A stretch of 63,906 bases of DNA, counting the filler, from Craspedostauros australis (Eukaryota): NCBI GenBank assembly GCA_030167865.1. It is 17 parts of 17 records of this genome, joined end to end, with 100 filler letters (N's around TTAATTAATTAA, not from the genome) between each part and the next. Parts side by side here need not be neighbours in the genome. Positions count along the whole stretch, not along the records: positions 1 to 4,742 come from JALAGF010001855.1; positions 4,843 to 16,531 come from JALAGF010001858.1; 15 more parts are not named here. One strand, 5' to 3'. The notes below the pieces were generated by a model. That model did not search any database. It had not been told where the DNA came from and saw only the letters and a list, made by a program, of their open reading frames with translations. Below, piece by piece: positions 1-11,476 of the stretch. Each line of letters starts with the position of its first letter. Positions within the stretch are counted from its first letter, which is position 1. Made by a program: the position numbers and the translations under genes.

Positions 1-775
1 AGATGTACGTGTATATGTGCATCGTTCACCCGTTATTCTCTCATACGCACTTGGACGGTATAACTACATTCGTATCGATAGTATACTGTGATTCGTCAGA
101 ATTACAGGGGAAATGGAACACACGAAAAGGGGCAAGATTTCTGGAGGAAATTTGCAAATNNNNNNNNNNNNNNNNNNNNNNNNNNNNNNNNNNNNNNNNN
201 NNNNNNNNNNNNNNNNNNNNNNNNNNTACTTCCCAACTAAACCTCAGATGACGATATCATCTGACAGACCACTGCATCACCAATGGAACGTGACATCTGG
301 AGAGCAGAAGGACGCCTACTGACGTCAACAGGATGTCATCATGTCACCATGTCGACATCTGTCTCCAAGTCAGAGCAGGAGGCGAAGATCCGATGACCGA
401 AGGGCATCAGCATCATGGATACAGAAGGTGAACTTCAAATGGTAAGTACTCATGAAGTAGGAGCCAGTACTGAACGAACAGACTGTCGAATGCGGAATAC
501 GCATCGAACACGGAGTATTGTGTAGCATGAGCACACGGTGTTGAGAGAAAGAGAGAGAGAGAGAATACAGAGAGGAGCGAGAGAGCATCTCGCGCACCGA
601 CTCATAGTCAGAGACCGAATCTACAAAACAGATTGAAGCACCGAGAGCATCGGGCAAGAGAACGGGCGTACACCGAGAGTATCGGAGTAGCCAACTAATG
701 AAATAGCAAACGAACGACTATCAACCAACACCATCTTCCACGATTGTAGGTTACCGTGAGCGGAACTTGCCAACA
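1..775 (+). mobile_element. 5' LTR (left end cut by window) of a Ty1/copia retrotransposon
   Basis: Aligns by eye to 12211-12974. Ends ...CGGAACTTGCCAACA at 775, with similarity stopping exactly there, and is followed by a copia gag ORF. Contains a (GA)n tract and an N gap. Confidence 0.9.
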
Positions 776-857
776 CGTTTATAAACGATAGATCAGGGCG
801 AGCCCGCGGATCGGATCGTGCAAGGAAGACGAGCGTCATTCAAGAGCAGCAGGCTGA

Positions 858-2675
858 ATGAGCGAGGAAGAGGAATTGAGAGACATCCCTCTGTCCAATC
901 CGGCTATCAAGCGAGAAGAAGGTGCGAGTGAGACTCGACCACGACAAGAGAAGGAAGCAGCCGTGGCTACTGTCCTATCAAGCGCAGACGCAAGCGCGAT
1001 CGACGAGACCGAAGAAGAACGGTCTGCAAGACTACATCGCGAGGAGAAGAGGATTCTCAAGGCGACCAAGCAAGAGGAGACTGGTGTGACGGAGAGTATT
1101 TGCACAGCCAAACAGAGTGGGAAAAGTGAGACACCACCAAGAGGAGAATTTGTGACGAAAACAATCTCCGCGAAACAACAAGCGAAATTCGAAAAAGTGA
1201 CAACACAGAAACAAACGGAAATCAAGGGTACGAGCGCACCAACAACGAAACAACGAATCAACATGGCAACATCAGCCAACATGAACAAACGACGCATCAA
1301 GGCGCCGATGTTCAGCGGTGAACAGGAAGACTACAGCGCATGGGAGTCCCAAGCAAAAGCATACGCTCGTGCACAGAAGACGAGAGACATGATGTTGGGC
1401 AAGACCAAGGTTCCAACAGTGAGTGAGATCGCGGCAGCCGCCAACGATGTCAAGGAAGCGATGGAGGAAATCTACAAACTGGGATGTGACTGCTTCAGCG
1501 ATCTGATCCTCATGATGGATGCAGAGAAAGGAAAAGGCAAGCAGGCCATCCAGTACATCAACCAATGCGTCTCCGACGATTACCCCAAAGGAGATCCACA
1601 CGCAGCGTGGAACGTTCTCGCGGAGAAGTTCCGTCCATCCAATGCAGCAACGAAGATCAAACTCAAGCGTCAATTCAACAACGAAAAGATGAAGAGAGAC
1701 ACGGACCCCGATATCTACATCACGCGACTCGAAGGTTTACGATCGCGTCTCCACGATGTCAAGTACGAGATCACAGACGAGGAGATGATCATGCAAATCC
1801 TCAGCACGGTGAGCAGCGAGTACAGAATCCACATCGTGAACTTCCAACACCAACTCACGTTTAATCCGGAAGTGGTTACCATCAATGCGATCAGAGGAGT
1901 ACTCCGCACAGCACACGCCACCCATCAAGGCGGAAAGGCGTACATCGACGATTTCCAAGATAGCAACACGAAGAGCAACGACACCGGCTTCACAAGCACC
2001 GGTAACTTCAAGGGGACCTGCCACAACTGTGGTGTGTATGGTCACAGATCCGCCGATTGCCCAGAACGCAAGAAATCGGACAACAAGAAAAACAACAACA
2101 ACAACAACAACAAAATGAACGGAAAGCGTAACAAAGGAAGCGGCTTCAAGGGCAAGTACAACTACTGTGGCATCTTCGGACATCGCGAGGCGGAGTGCCG
2201 AAAGAAGAAGTTCAATGAGAAGAAGAAGGCCGACGAACAGGCCAACACAGCAACGGAAGGACACGACAAGAGCGGACACGAGATGGTACTCTCGGCAAAG
2301 GACATGCCGCTCTGCATGTTGGTGTCCGACGACTACATCGAAGACTCCTTCTTCGATAACTTCGAGTGCATCGGGAGTGACAACGAAGCGCAGGACGATG
2401 AGATCGTCCTGGAGTGGCTCAACGAGGAGCCCATCATCCACGAGGTGGATCCAAGACGCGAAGTGAGCTACGAATGCTGCTTCAACGCGCACGACCTGAT
2501 CGGTCCATACGGCGACGGAGCTGAGATGGGCAACGAGGCCATTGACATCGACGTCGAGGAGGCCATGAGCGAAGACGACGAAGACGCCGACGAGGATGGC
2601 GCAGACGGAGACAACGAAGACGATAGTTTCGGAATTCCGACAAACAAAACAGCAAACAAGAAAACTCTAAAATAG
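858..2675 (+). mobile_element. Ty1/copia gag (copy 1), interrupted at ~2622 by a nested insertion
   Basis: Copia Gag motifs (FSGEQEDYSAWE, AWNVLAEKF, DPDIYITRLE). Zinc knuckles CHNCGVYGHRSADC and YNYCGIFGHREAEC, the second with its first Cys changed to Tyr. Highly similar to the copies at 32959-37389 and 37490-39462 until ~2622. Confidence 0.9.
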
Positions 2676-2711
2676 TACCAAGCGACAGCAAACAACACGA
2701 CGACAAACACG

Positions 2712-4742
2712 ATGGCAAGCGAAGGTTTGACCATGATGGAGCTCGAAAATGGCGCGCCGTCCGACCGTAATGGCGACGATACCGAGACTCACCAGCAAGG
2801 ACTCACAACCCTCAAGGAACCACCTCATAGTAGCTGTGTGACAGGGAGAAGAGCGGAGTCAAATGGGCCAGAAATGAGCACACCAACCCCAGATGAGTAC
2901 ACACTCGAATACCGACCAAGAACAAGCACGTGGAAAACCACGGAGAGGAAGTACGGTGATGACATCGAGCCATTTACGAAGGCCAACGGCCCTCACTCCA
3001 TCGACTACATGGCAGGTCAGATGTGGAGTGCGAGAGCAAAGTGGTATGGCAGAAGTGAGACGGAGGCATCGGCAGCCAACCCAACCGCCAAAGAGTGGGA
3101 GATGTTCTTCCGCCGTGTTCTCAATGGCAGACACACTCAGTACGGGCCCATGAGCTTGCCGTCCGACGACCCACGACGCCGGCGGGTGTCAATGGCCATC
3201 ATGCGGCTGGCATCCACAGACCCAAGGAAAGTGTTCAAGGTCAATGGCGACGGACGCATCAGCTCGCGCAGCAGACCAGCTCGAGCCTGGGAGGCAGCCA
3301 AACGGGTGCTCGGCACGAACGACGACATTGGCACAGCACCGGCAGCAGACGCGCTCTCAGAGTCATCCAACCACACAGCATCATCAGACCAACGCCCGAC
3401 GCCACGCGCCGCCGGCATGGACGCAAACGAAGGACCGCCCTCGCCATCACTTGGAGCGAAACCAACCAAGCGCACCAGGATGTCTTCGTCGCCCACAGGC
3501 CAGGCAGCGATCGCCGGCACCAACATCAACAGGTTTGCCCTGCTGAGTGACGACGAACCCGAGACGCAACCAGCACCAGAAGCCCCAGCGCAGCCGCGAA
3601 CCCGCCAACCAGCGGGCAACAGCCGGACCAGCGACAGTCCAGAAACGGGCACTCAGACAGCGACCAAACCTCCGTCTGTGAGGCCACGAGCGGCAGGAGT
3701 CACATTCGACAACGCCAACCTCGAGACAGCCGTCGAGACGGCATCTGTGGAGTCAGACACCAGCCAGATCCTCATAGGACAGCCCAGCCTACAGCATACC
3801 ACGAGGTTCATGTTCAAAGTCAAGGCGGACCAAACGGAGCCAGACACAACCAAGGCTCTCAGAGACAGAATCGTGGCATGGTTCAGCCAGGTCCGAATCG
3901 TGGATCCGTCAGCAGTCATACTTCCATGGAAGGAGTCTCCGGAGGAGAGAGGGTACATCCAACATTCAGGTCAAGTCCCCACCGACCTCAAGGAGCTCCG
4001 CACTTTTTTCAAAGGACTCAGGGCATCAACGATGGAAAGCGGGTTGACTTACACCAACGTGCGCATCACCACCGACATGCACCCCACCAACATCACGGCC
4101 GAACGAGACGCGGAGATGAATCCCTACTACTACAAACATCAAGAGGGCCTCTACATCAACACTCTTCAGGTGGAGAACACCAAGGAAATCGGGTTCCTCT
4201 TGTACTCGGGCGGATTCAACGATGTCAAAGGCACAATGGAGCTTCTCAACCGAGAATTTCGAAGGCGCCACAAAAACACAAGAGTGGGTGGCAAACTCAA
4301 GAACTTGGTGGTGGTGTGCGACAAAACCAGGGAGGCCTACCAGAAGAGTGGAAAGCACTGGACAATGCAACCGTGGAGGGCGATCAAAGTGGAAACGGAA
4401 AGTTCACAGGCAGCCATTGCGGTCGAAAGGCTGTGTGACCTGCTCAACGAGGACGACAACAGGCCGGCAGGCGTTCGCCTCAGGTTCCTCCCCGAGGCCA
4501 GATACGAACAGATGACGGAGAAGAAGCGGCGCCACAGAGGCATGCTGATCCAAAAGCATCAAGCAGTGCTGACCAGCCTCAAATACGTCGACACGTCAGG
4601 CGTGGCCAAACTGGACGATCCAGTCCATGGCGACAACCGCGAACACGTCACCCTCAGGTCACATCTCATGAGCATGAAGGATGCCGACGGGAAGCAGATC
4701 TTCCAGAGCCTGGACATGGCGAGGGCCCACGACGATCAGCTC
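2712..4742 (+). mobile_element. ORF1 of a diatom Ambal-like non-LTR retrotransposon (3' truncated by contig end); element starts ~2623
   Basis: Long ORF with a disordered N-terminus and motifs DPSAVILPWK, IGFLLYS and LRFLP resembling ORF1 of diatom LINE-like elements. Starts right after copia similarity breaks off. Ambal-type ORF2 fragments occur elsewhere in the window. Confidence 0.6.
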
Positions 4743-4842
4743 NNNNNNNNNNNNNNNNNNNNNNNNNNNNNNNNNNNNNNNNNNNNTTAATTAATTAANN
4801 NNNNNNNNNNNNNNNNNNNNNNNNNNNNNNNNNNNNNNNNNN
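4743..4842. other. Artificial contig spacer (first of 16; others start ~16532, 18815, 20273, 23245, 26208, 27372, 28556, 32859, 37390, 39463, 55584, 56773, 59108, 60333, 61761)
   Basis: Same 100-nt structure each time: N-run, TTAATTAATTAA (stops in all six frames), N-run. Confidence 0.98.

Positions 4843-4874
<32 letters not shown>
4843..4874. repeat. (TG)n microsatellite
   Basis: Perfect TG dinucleotide run at a contig start. Confidence 0.95.
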
Positions 4875-4875
<1 letters not shown>

Positions 4876-5510
4876 AGTAGAGCAGAACATGAGAGTAGGG
4901 TGTGTAGATTGCTCTACTCTGTTATAGCTTGTGTCAAATAATACTGCAGAAGAATGCAGAGAAGAGAGTCAGGTTAAGTACTCGTGGTCTGAAGTTCCAA
5001 CGTTTAGTGCGACATACTTCGCACAGTGGCATGGTGGCGACATCATCAACGGCACATAGCAGTCGTAGACACTCGTAGCACCATGCGAGTATGGCATGCC
5101 ACTCTTCGGATCTTGGTAGCTCACACCCACAGAGATCACAAACTTCCCTTGTCGATTCGATGCCAGCGCTGTTATCCTTAGCGTTGATTGCGTTGATTGC
5201 ACTGATTGCGTTGGTCATGCCTGGACGTCAGATCGACGAAAGGATCCTTGGCGGTTGATCTCAACAGTCTCCAGTGACCCCCTCCAAGCATGGAAGACGA
5301 GGGACCTTGCATGGCCTATCAACACAGAACCTGTGATGTCTTTGCCGAAGACCGAATGTGGCGAGCACGAATGTTGCGCACGAAAAACGCCCAAGGAACA
5401 ACGAACACCAAATCTATGGGAGATGCTCGCGGAGCGAATGTCACCAACCAAGAAAAAAGAGAGAACACGAAAAGAACACCAAACATGAGTCAATTTGAGT
5501 CGTTGACATT

Positions 5511-5596
5511 TGTTGGAAATCCGGGGTTATAGTTAGTACTGTGATCTATGCTGCTGTTAGAAACTGTACCATTTTAGAACTGTGAGCACAATCTCA
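5511..5596 (+). repeat. 86-bp copia LTR 5' module (TGTTGGAAATCCGGGG...GCACAATCTCA)
   Basis: Similar to 12096-12181 and the same length; similarity stops at TCTCA. Confidence 0.85.
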
Positions 5597-6937
5597 CTTT
5601 TTCTTTCGATTTCATTTTTCATAGTAGGCATCTGTCGCGGTGGCGACTCGGGGCGTCCTGTTGTTCTTAGGTGCTTCTTTCCCCATTCATCATGCTCTGT
5701 TCTTGCTTCCTTATCTTGGCATCATTGTTGCTTGCCTCTGCATTGTTGTAGCTGTCTACGTTTGCATGGTAGGAATCTGCAGTCCTGAGCACTTGCCTAT
5801 CATATGTTTCCGTTGTTGATTTCATGACACCATCGTCCCACGATCGATGTCAACCTTGGTGATGTTCCAAACCTGCGGATGTTCTGATCCTTTCTGATGT
5901 TCCAAACCTGTGGTGTGTCTTGTCCGCAGGAGGGGCACATGCTGTCGTCTGAATGGGGTGCGTCACTTGCCCATTGACCTGCTGTTCTGATCGACGTCGT
6001 CATCTGCATGGTTGCCATGGTTGGTTTGGTATCGGGACCTCCTGATCCACCTTTGGTGTGATTCTTACATTACCAGAGGACAGACTACCCTCCTCGCGGC
6101 AGTACAGGTATCAATCATGTCCGTCTCCTTAGTCATAGTCATAATGACATGGTATTCAAAGGTGTGACGAATAGTCTCCAAACATGTGACGAATAATATT
6201 CAATGTTGTGACGAATAATTTTGGGAGGTGCGTCAATAATGGATATTACAACAAATCCGTACCCTCGATTCCTGACAGACATTTCTGTTCTTCCTCGGAG
6301 TGTGCGACTGCCACATCTGCACGAGGGCCTGTGCAGGGTAACGCGTCCTTTCCACTCCAATAATTCCCCGACTGTTTTTGGGGGTTCTTCACCAGTCACC
6401 ACATGAACGCTTCTTCATCCAGCAATCGGACACGTGCTTTTTTTGTTTTGCCACAACATCCTGGTACTGTGCTCTGCAGAACTGTATTCGTTTTCGTGTT
6501 GCGTGGAGTCCTGGTATGTAGTCTTCTCCTATCGGACCTCGGATCTGCACCCTTGATCCAAAGTGCGGCCCTCGGAAGTGACGGAGCGCTGTGTCTTCCG
6601 ATTGTCTTGTGCACACCTACTACTCCAACCAGCGCACACATCACCCAACAACACCTTCCTTCCACGATCCTTCAACAGAACAATCTGACGAGGGAATTCA
6701 TCTCGCTGGTGAGCAGATGCAGTGACAGCACCCGCACGGGCACGTTTGTGCCCGAAGAAGGCACCAGACACAACACAACGCCGATGATCTTTCCAACCGC
6801 TCACAATTCTGAAGCTCCAGAACCGACAACTCACAAATCGACAAGATCAATGTAACCACGCCGCACCACACCAATCGCAACACAACAAAACACAACCACA
6901 TCTGCAACCAACCCTCGTTTCAACGACGCATTCCAAC

Positions 6938-9900
6938 ATGAGCAACCCATCCGCTCCCTCCGATGCAAACCGCGCCGTCGACGATGACATCGAAGCTGGC
7001 ACCACCAACGCCAACGCCACTGAGCACGAGATCATCCACAAGTCCATCCAAACCAAGTCCTTCGTTGAACACATCAAGTACATCGTCGAACTCAAGTCCG
7101 ACACCGTCTTCTCCACCTGGTACAACGAGAAGGGAAAGCCAATCAATAACTACACCTTCCAACAGCTCTGGGATGAAGCAGGACACTGCGCTCACCTCAT
7201 CCGCAACAAGTGGGGCGCCAACAAAGGCGACCGTGTCGTTCTCTGCTACGACTTCGGTCTGCACTTCTTCGCCATGTTCGTGGGATGTCTCCGTGCAGGC
7301 GTGACTGCCGTGCTGGTCTATCCTCCTGGACCGCCGCTCGTCAAGTCGCTCACCAAGGTGAACAAGGTGGTCGAGGATTGCGCTCCAGCACTCATCCTCA
7401 CCCAAACATCCATCAATCTTCTTCGAACCGCCGATCGAGCCAACCCAGTATCGAAGAGCCGCGCCATGTGGCCAAGCGGGGTGAAATACCAAGTCACCGA
7501 TCGCATCATCCGTCACGATCCGTTTATCACCGACAAGAACAAGAGAAAGAACAACCCCAAGCAAGCCAAGAATGGCTTCCTTTCCAGCCTCATGTCCGGC
7601 CGCTCATCGTCGTCGCCACCTTCATTCGATGAACCCAACATCAAAGGCTCGGACCTCGCCTTCCTCCAGTATACATCTGGAAGCACCGGCAACCCCAAGG
7701 GCGTCATGGTGACCCACGGCGCTCTGAGAGCCAACATCGAACTTCTCCATGGTGGTTGCTTGAATTGCTTTGAAAATGATTTGAGTGATAGACGCAAAAC
7801 ACCAAAGCAGATCACAGCATGCTCCTGGCTGCCTCAGTACCACGACATGGGTCTGATCCAGTTGGGCATTCAACCTTTGGCCGGTGCCTTTCGTCTCCAT
7901 ATGATATCACCGGTCTCGTTCATCCGCAACCCGTTGCTCTGGGTCGACCTCATGTCCCAGCACAAGTGCCATTTCAGCGCCGCCCCTGACTTCGGTTATC
8001 GGCTGGTCACCCGCAAGTACAACGAGGCTCTGGAGAGCCCCAAAGGGCAGACTAATCCCATCCCCAACCTGGACCTCTCAAGCGTGATTCATCTCCAGAA
8101 CGCCGCTGAACCAATCCGGCTTGACACCGAGAAGAACTTCGCCGATGCATTCGGCCAGTACAACTTGCGCAAGGACTGGTTCATCGCAGGGTACGGACTG
8201 GCGGAGAACGTCGTCGGAGTCAGCTACAACCATGGCTTCCATCTCTCCACCAAGAGACCAGATGAAGATCTCCAACCATTCATCGCCATCGCCCAGCGCA
8301 GCAATCTGCACAGCTCCATCAATATCATCATCGTGGACCCGGACACTCGCGTGCAACGCCCAGACAACGTCACCGGGGAGATCTGGATCGCGGGAGCGTC
8401 CGTTGCCGCTGGATACTACAATCAGCCACAGCTCAGCAAGGGGACCTTCCAAGCCACGCTGCGAGTGGAGGGTGATTCATCGTCCGATGCCCATGTCGGT
8501 GCCGATGGCAAGATGTACTTGCGCACAGGTGACTACGGATTCTATCAAGACGACTACCTCTACATCTGCGGCCGCAAGAAGGACATCATCATCGTCAACG
8601 GTGTCAACTACTATCCCCAAGACATCGAACATGCCGTCGAGGAGGCATCGTCCGCTGTCCGTCCAGGTTGCGTGGCCGCCTTCTCGTCCAACGATGGGCA
8701 GCTGGAAATCGTCTTCGAGATCCGAGCTAGCCACGCGAAGGATGCCGAGACGGCCTGCCAACAAGTCAGAAGGAACGTCATCTCACAGATCGGATTGACA
8801 CCGGCAACAGTCGCAGCCGTGGAAGAGCGATCCATCTCCAAAACGACGAGCGGAAAGATCCAGAGACGCCAAAATCGCCAGCGTCTCCATGAAGGAACGC
8901 AGAAGACGGTGCTGGATGTCATCAGAAAATCGAACTTCTTCAGTTCGCACGACAGCAATCTTGCAAGTCAATCCAATCGACTCTCGATGAGAAAGTCAAT
9001 CATCGAGAACGTCAACATCGAAGAGATGGACTTCTATGACCTTGTGAAGAGCTGTACAGGAACTGAAGTCAACCCCGACGATGAGTGGAAGGATGTTGGA
9101 TTGTCCTCCATGATGGAGCTGGAGCTCCGCCAGTCCCTTTCTGAGCGATACAACACGACCCTTCCCGCACATATCACCCAGCTCTTTCCGAGAGTGATGG
9201 ATCTCAAGACTTTCCTCGAGGCATCAAAGGGAGAGCCCCTACAAACAAACCTCCCAACCCTCAAGAGGATCCTCTCCATCCCGAATGAGAAGTTTCTGTC
9301 CCAATCGACCGTCGCCATCATCCAGGCCATCGGTGTGCTCGTCGCAGTCCTCATCTTCTCGCTCCCCATCGTCCCAGCGTACGAAGTTGGAAAAGCCATT
9401 GCCGACTCCGACGCCCTCTCCGGTCATGAATGGGTGCTGCTCCCATTGATCGTCCCAGTCTGGGCTATTACGCTCACCTTCGTGATCATCCTCTCGAAGT
9501 GGATTGTCATTGGCAGATACACAGAAGGGTATGCCAATCAGACCAACATATATTTCATCAGGTGGTGGTTCGTCGATCGGTTGGTCGATATCTGGGAGCG
9601 CTTCGTCGGCCGCATCATTGGCAACACACCTTTGATGACGCTGTTCTACTACCTGATGGGTGCCGACATCCATCGTTCGGCCAGCGTGAACGGGACCGTC
9701 CGGGAGTTTGACCTGGTCGATGTTGGTGCTGGTGCCACGGTCAACACGAACATCCGATGCCGCATGTTCGGCCCGTGGAAGGATGAGCAGGAAGGCCCCA
9801 GCGTGAGGTTTCGCAAGACTCAGGTTGGATCCAACGCTATGGTCAATGGCGCCTTGCTTGCTGGAACCAGCGTCGGCTCTGGCTGTCAGGTCCAGCGCAT

Positions 9901-11371
9901 GTCCGTGCTTGGGGAAGGTGCTCAAGCACCACCAAACACCTCGATCAGAGGCAACCCAGCATTTGTCGATGCTCCTTCTTCGACTCTCAAGGGCGATGAC
10001 GATGCATCCGCAACTGGAACAGCGAGTGGGGACACGGCATCCGACACATCCACCAGCCCATCGACCGTGCTGGAAACAATGAAGCTTGTTTGGCTCGCCG
10101 TCGAGCTGTACTTCGCCTTCGCATGCTTCGTGGCTGCTGATCAGTTGGTCGGAGATGGGCTTCCAGATTGGAGGTACTCCCCCATCGTCTACTGGATCGT
10201 CCTTTTTGGCCTCACGTCCGTCTGCTTCGTGATCACCAGCATCATTCTCAAGTGGGTGCTGATCGGCAAGAAGCGATCCGGTCTAGCGCGGACAGGAACA
10301 TTCTCCAAGTTTGCTGACTGGGCTTGTGACTTCCACTTCTTCGTCGGGACAACACTGATCCTCGACTTGACATTGTACTCCCAACTTTGGAACCTCGTCC
10401 TCATCGCACACGGCATGGACATCGATATGAGATCGAGGGCGTTGACAATCCTGTTCCCCCCATCCAAGCTGGACCTCGTCACGGTCAGGCGATCCTTTAT
10501 GTCCTTTTGTGACGTCGATGTCGAAGAAGATGGCCGATACAAGGCGATCACCATCGAAGACAGCACCATCGGCATGACGCTGGCATGCGGTCCTGGCGTG
10601 ACCATCCGCAGAGCCATGGTGACTCCTGGCGCTCACGTCACCAGCGATATGATCAACACCGAGCATCATCCAAACAACGTGCCTCTCTCCGCATCCCAGT
10701 TCTTCACGATCATGATCAACAACACCCTGCTGCATATCATCGTCCTTGCAGCAGTGGCGGCCAGCCTCATCCCATCATATGAGCTGTTGGCGATCATACT
10801 CAAGCCAGACACGACGACGGCGCTGGTTCCGGTTGCCATTGCGGCATCCACCATCATCCAGACCCTCATCTGGCTCGTTTTCTATCGAGTGATCGTCACC
10901 ATCACTCTCTTGGGAGGCGTTGAACGCGGAAGGCCATGGTCGATTTCATTGTATATGGTCTACTTGTCCTACAGCAATTTCTTTCAGTCGTGGTCCTTCG
11001 AGGCAGTTGTTTGGGGCACACCGATGATGAATGCTGCGTTGCGATTCCGAGGATCGACCATCCAGGGAAAGATGTTGTACTTTGGATCCCGCATCTGTGA
11101 CGCTCCGCTGTTCACATTTGCTGATAGGGCAGTGATCGATGACGCCATCGTCAGCGGTCATTTCGGTGTGTTTTCCACGCTGTCCTTGGGAACATCCTAC
11201 ATCGATGGTCTGATGCACCAAATGTCGTTTGTGATGATGAGAAAGGGCTCAGCAGCGAACGGCGCCGCCTTGGTGGAGCACGCCCCATGGAAGATGGTCA
11301 GCGACATGCAAGCATCAGACACGAAGAGATCACAGTGGACATCTGACGGATCACAAGATGAGGAAGCATGA
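6938..11371 (+). CDS. NRPS-like synthetase: FAAL-type adenylation domain + carrier (PP-binding) domain + Pls/PosA-type membrane module
   Basis: Adenylation motifs LAFLQYTSGSTGNPKGV, SWLPQYHDMGLI, YGLAE, GEIWIAGASVAAGYY, LRTGD, GRKKDIIIVNGVNYYPQDIE and KTTSGKIQR. Carrier motif VGLSSMM. Three hydrophobic segments, each followed by a Pls-like repeat (KWIVIGRY..RWW..GNTP..LMGADI; KWVLIGK..HGMDID; WGTPMMN..RGSTI). Intact 1477-aa ORF. Confidence 0.88.
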   Translation: MSNPSAPSDANRAVDDDIEAGTTNANATEHEIIHKSIQTKSFVEHIKYIVELKSDTVFSTWYNEKGKPINNYTFQQLWDEAGHCAHLIRNKWGANKGDRVVLCYDFGLHFFAMFVGCLRAGVTAVLVYPPGPPLVKSLTKVNKVVEDCAPALILTQTSINLLRTADRANPVSKSRAMWPSGVKYQVTDRIIRHDPFITDKNKRKNNPKQAKNGFLSSLMSGRSSSSPPSFDEPNIKGSDLAFLQYTSGSTGNPKGVMVTHGALRANIELLHGGCLNCFENDLSDRRKTPKQITACSWLPQYHDMGLIQLGIQPLAGAFRLHMISPVSFIRNPLLWVDLMSQHKCHFSAAPDFGYRLVTRKYNEALESPKGQTNPIPNLDLSSVIHLQNAAEPIRLDTEKNFADAFGQYNLRKDWFIAGYGLAENVVGVSYNHGFHLSTKRPDEDLQPFIAIAQRSNLHSSINIIIVDPDTRVQRPDNVTGEIWIAGASVAAGYYNQPQLSKGTFQATLRVEGDSSSDAHVGADGKMYLRTGDYGFYQDDYLYICGRKKDIIIVNGVNYYPQDIEHAVEEASSAVRPGCVAAFSSNDGQLEIVFEIRASHAKDAETACQQVRRNVISQIGLTPATVAAVEERSISKTTSGKIQRRQNRQRLHEGTQKTVLDVIRKSNFFSSHDSNLASQSNRLSMRKSIIENVNIEEMDFYDLVKSCTGTEVNPDDEWKDVGLSSMMELELRQSLSERYNTTLPAHITQLFPRVMDLKTFLEASKGEPLQTNLPTLKRILSIPNEKFLSQSTVAIIQAIGVLVAVLIFSLPIVPAYEVGKAIADSDALSGHEWVLLPLIVPVWAITLTFVIILSKWIVIGRYTEGYANQTNIYFIRWWFVDRLVDIWERFVGRIIGNTPLMTLFYYLMGADIHRSASVNGTVREFDLVDVGAGATVNTNIRCRMFGPWKDEQEGPSVRFRKTQVGSNAMVNGALLAGTSVGSGCQVQRMSVLGEGAQAPPNTSIRGNPAFVDAPSSTLKGDDDASATGTASGDTASDTSTSPSTVLETMKLVWLAVELYFAFACFVAADQLVGDGLPDWRYSPIVYWIVLFGLTSVCFVITSIILKWVLIGKKRSGLARTGTFSKFADWACDFHFFVGTTLILDLTLYSQLWNLVLIAHGMDIDMRSRALTILFPPSKLDLVTVRRSFMSFCDVDVEEDGRYKAITIEDSTIGMTLACGPGVTIRRAMVTPGAHVTSDMINTEHHPNNVPLSASQFFTIMINNTLLHIIVLAAVAASLIPSYELLAIILKPDTTTALVPVAIAASTIIQTLIWLVFYRVIVTITLLGGVERGRPWSISLYMVYLSYSNFFQSWSFEAVVWGTPMMNAALRFRGSTIQGKMLYFGSRICDAPLFTFADRAVIDDAIVSGHFGVFSTLSLGTSYIDGLMHQMSFVMMRKGSAANGAALVEHAPWKMVSDMQASDTKRSQWTSDGSQDEEA

Positions 11372-11476
11372 GGAAGCACAGAGTAGAGTACTCCAAGGAA
11401 GTGTCGATCTGAGCAGCATTAGGCAGCAATTAGAAAATGAATGATCATGGATTGTCAACTCATCCTTCCCCATATT

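Noticed and set aside
1737..2492. Long antisense ORFs over gag and other genes
   Set aside because: These are shadow frames caused by codon bias on the coding strand.
4787..4798. Recurring TTAATTAATTAA as a biological repeat, CRISPR-like array or TTAA target site
   Set aside because: It is always centred in a fixed 100-nt N spacer, so it is an artificial six-frame-stop linker. It also produces the spurious ...LIN ORF endings.
6028..6045. TGGTATCGGGACC as a tRNA-iMet primer-binding site
   Set aside because: It only partly resembles TGGTATCAGAGC, is not directly preceded by an LTR CA end, and no gag follows.
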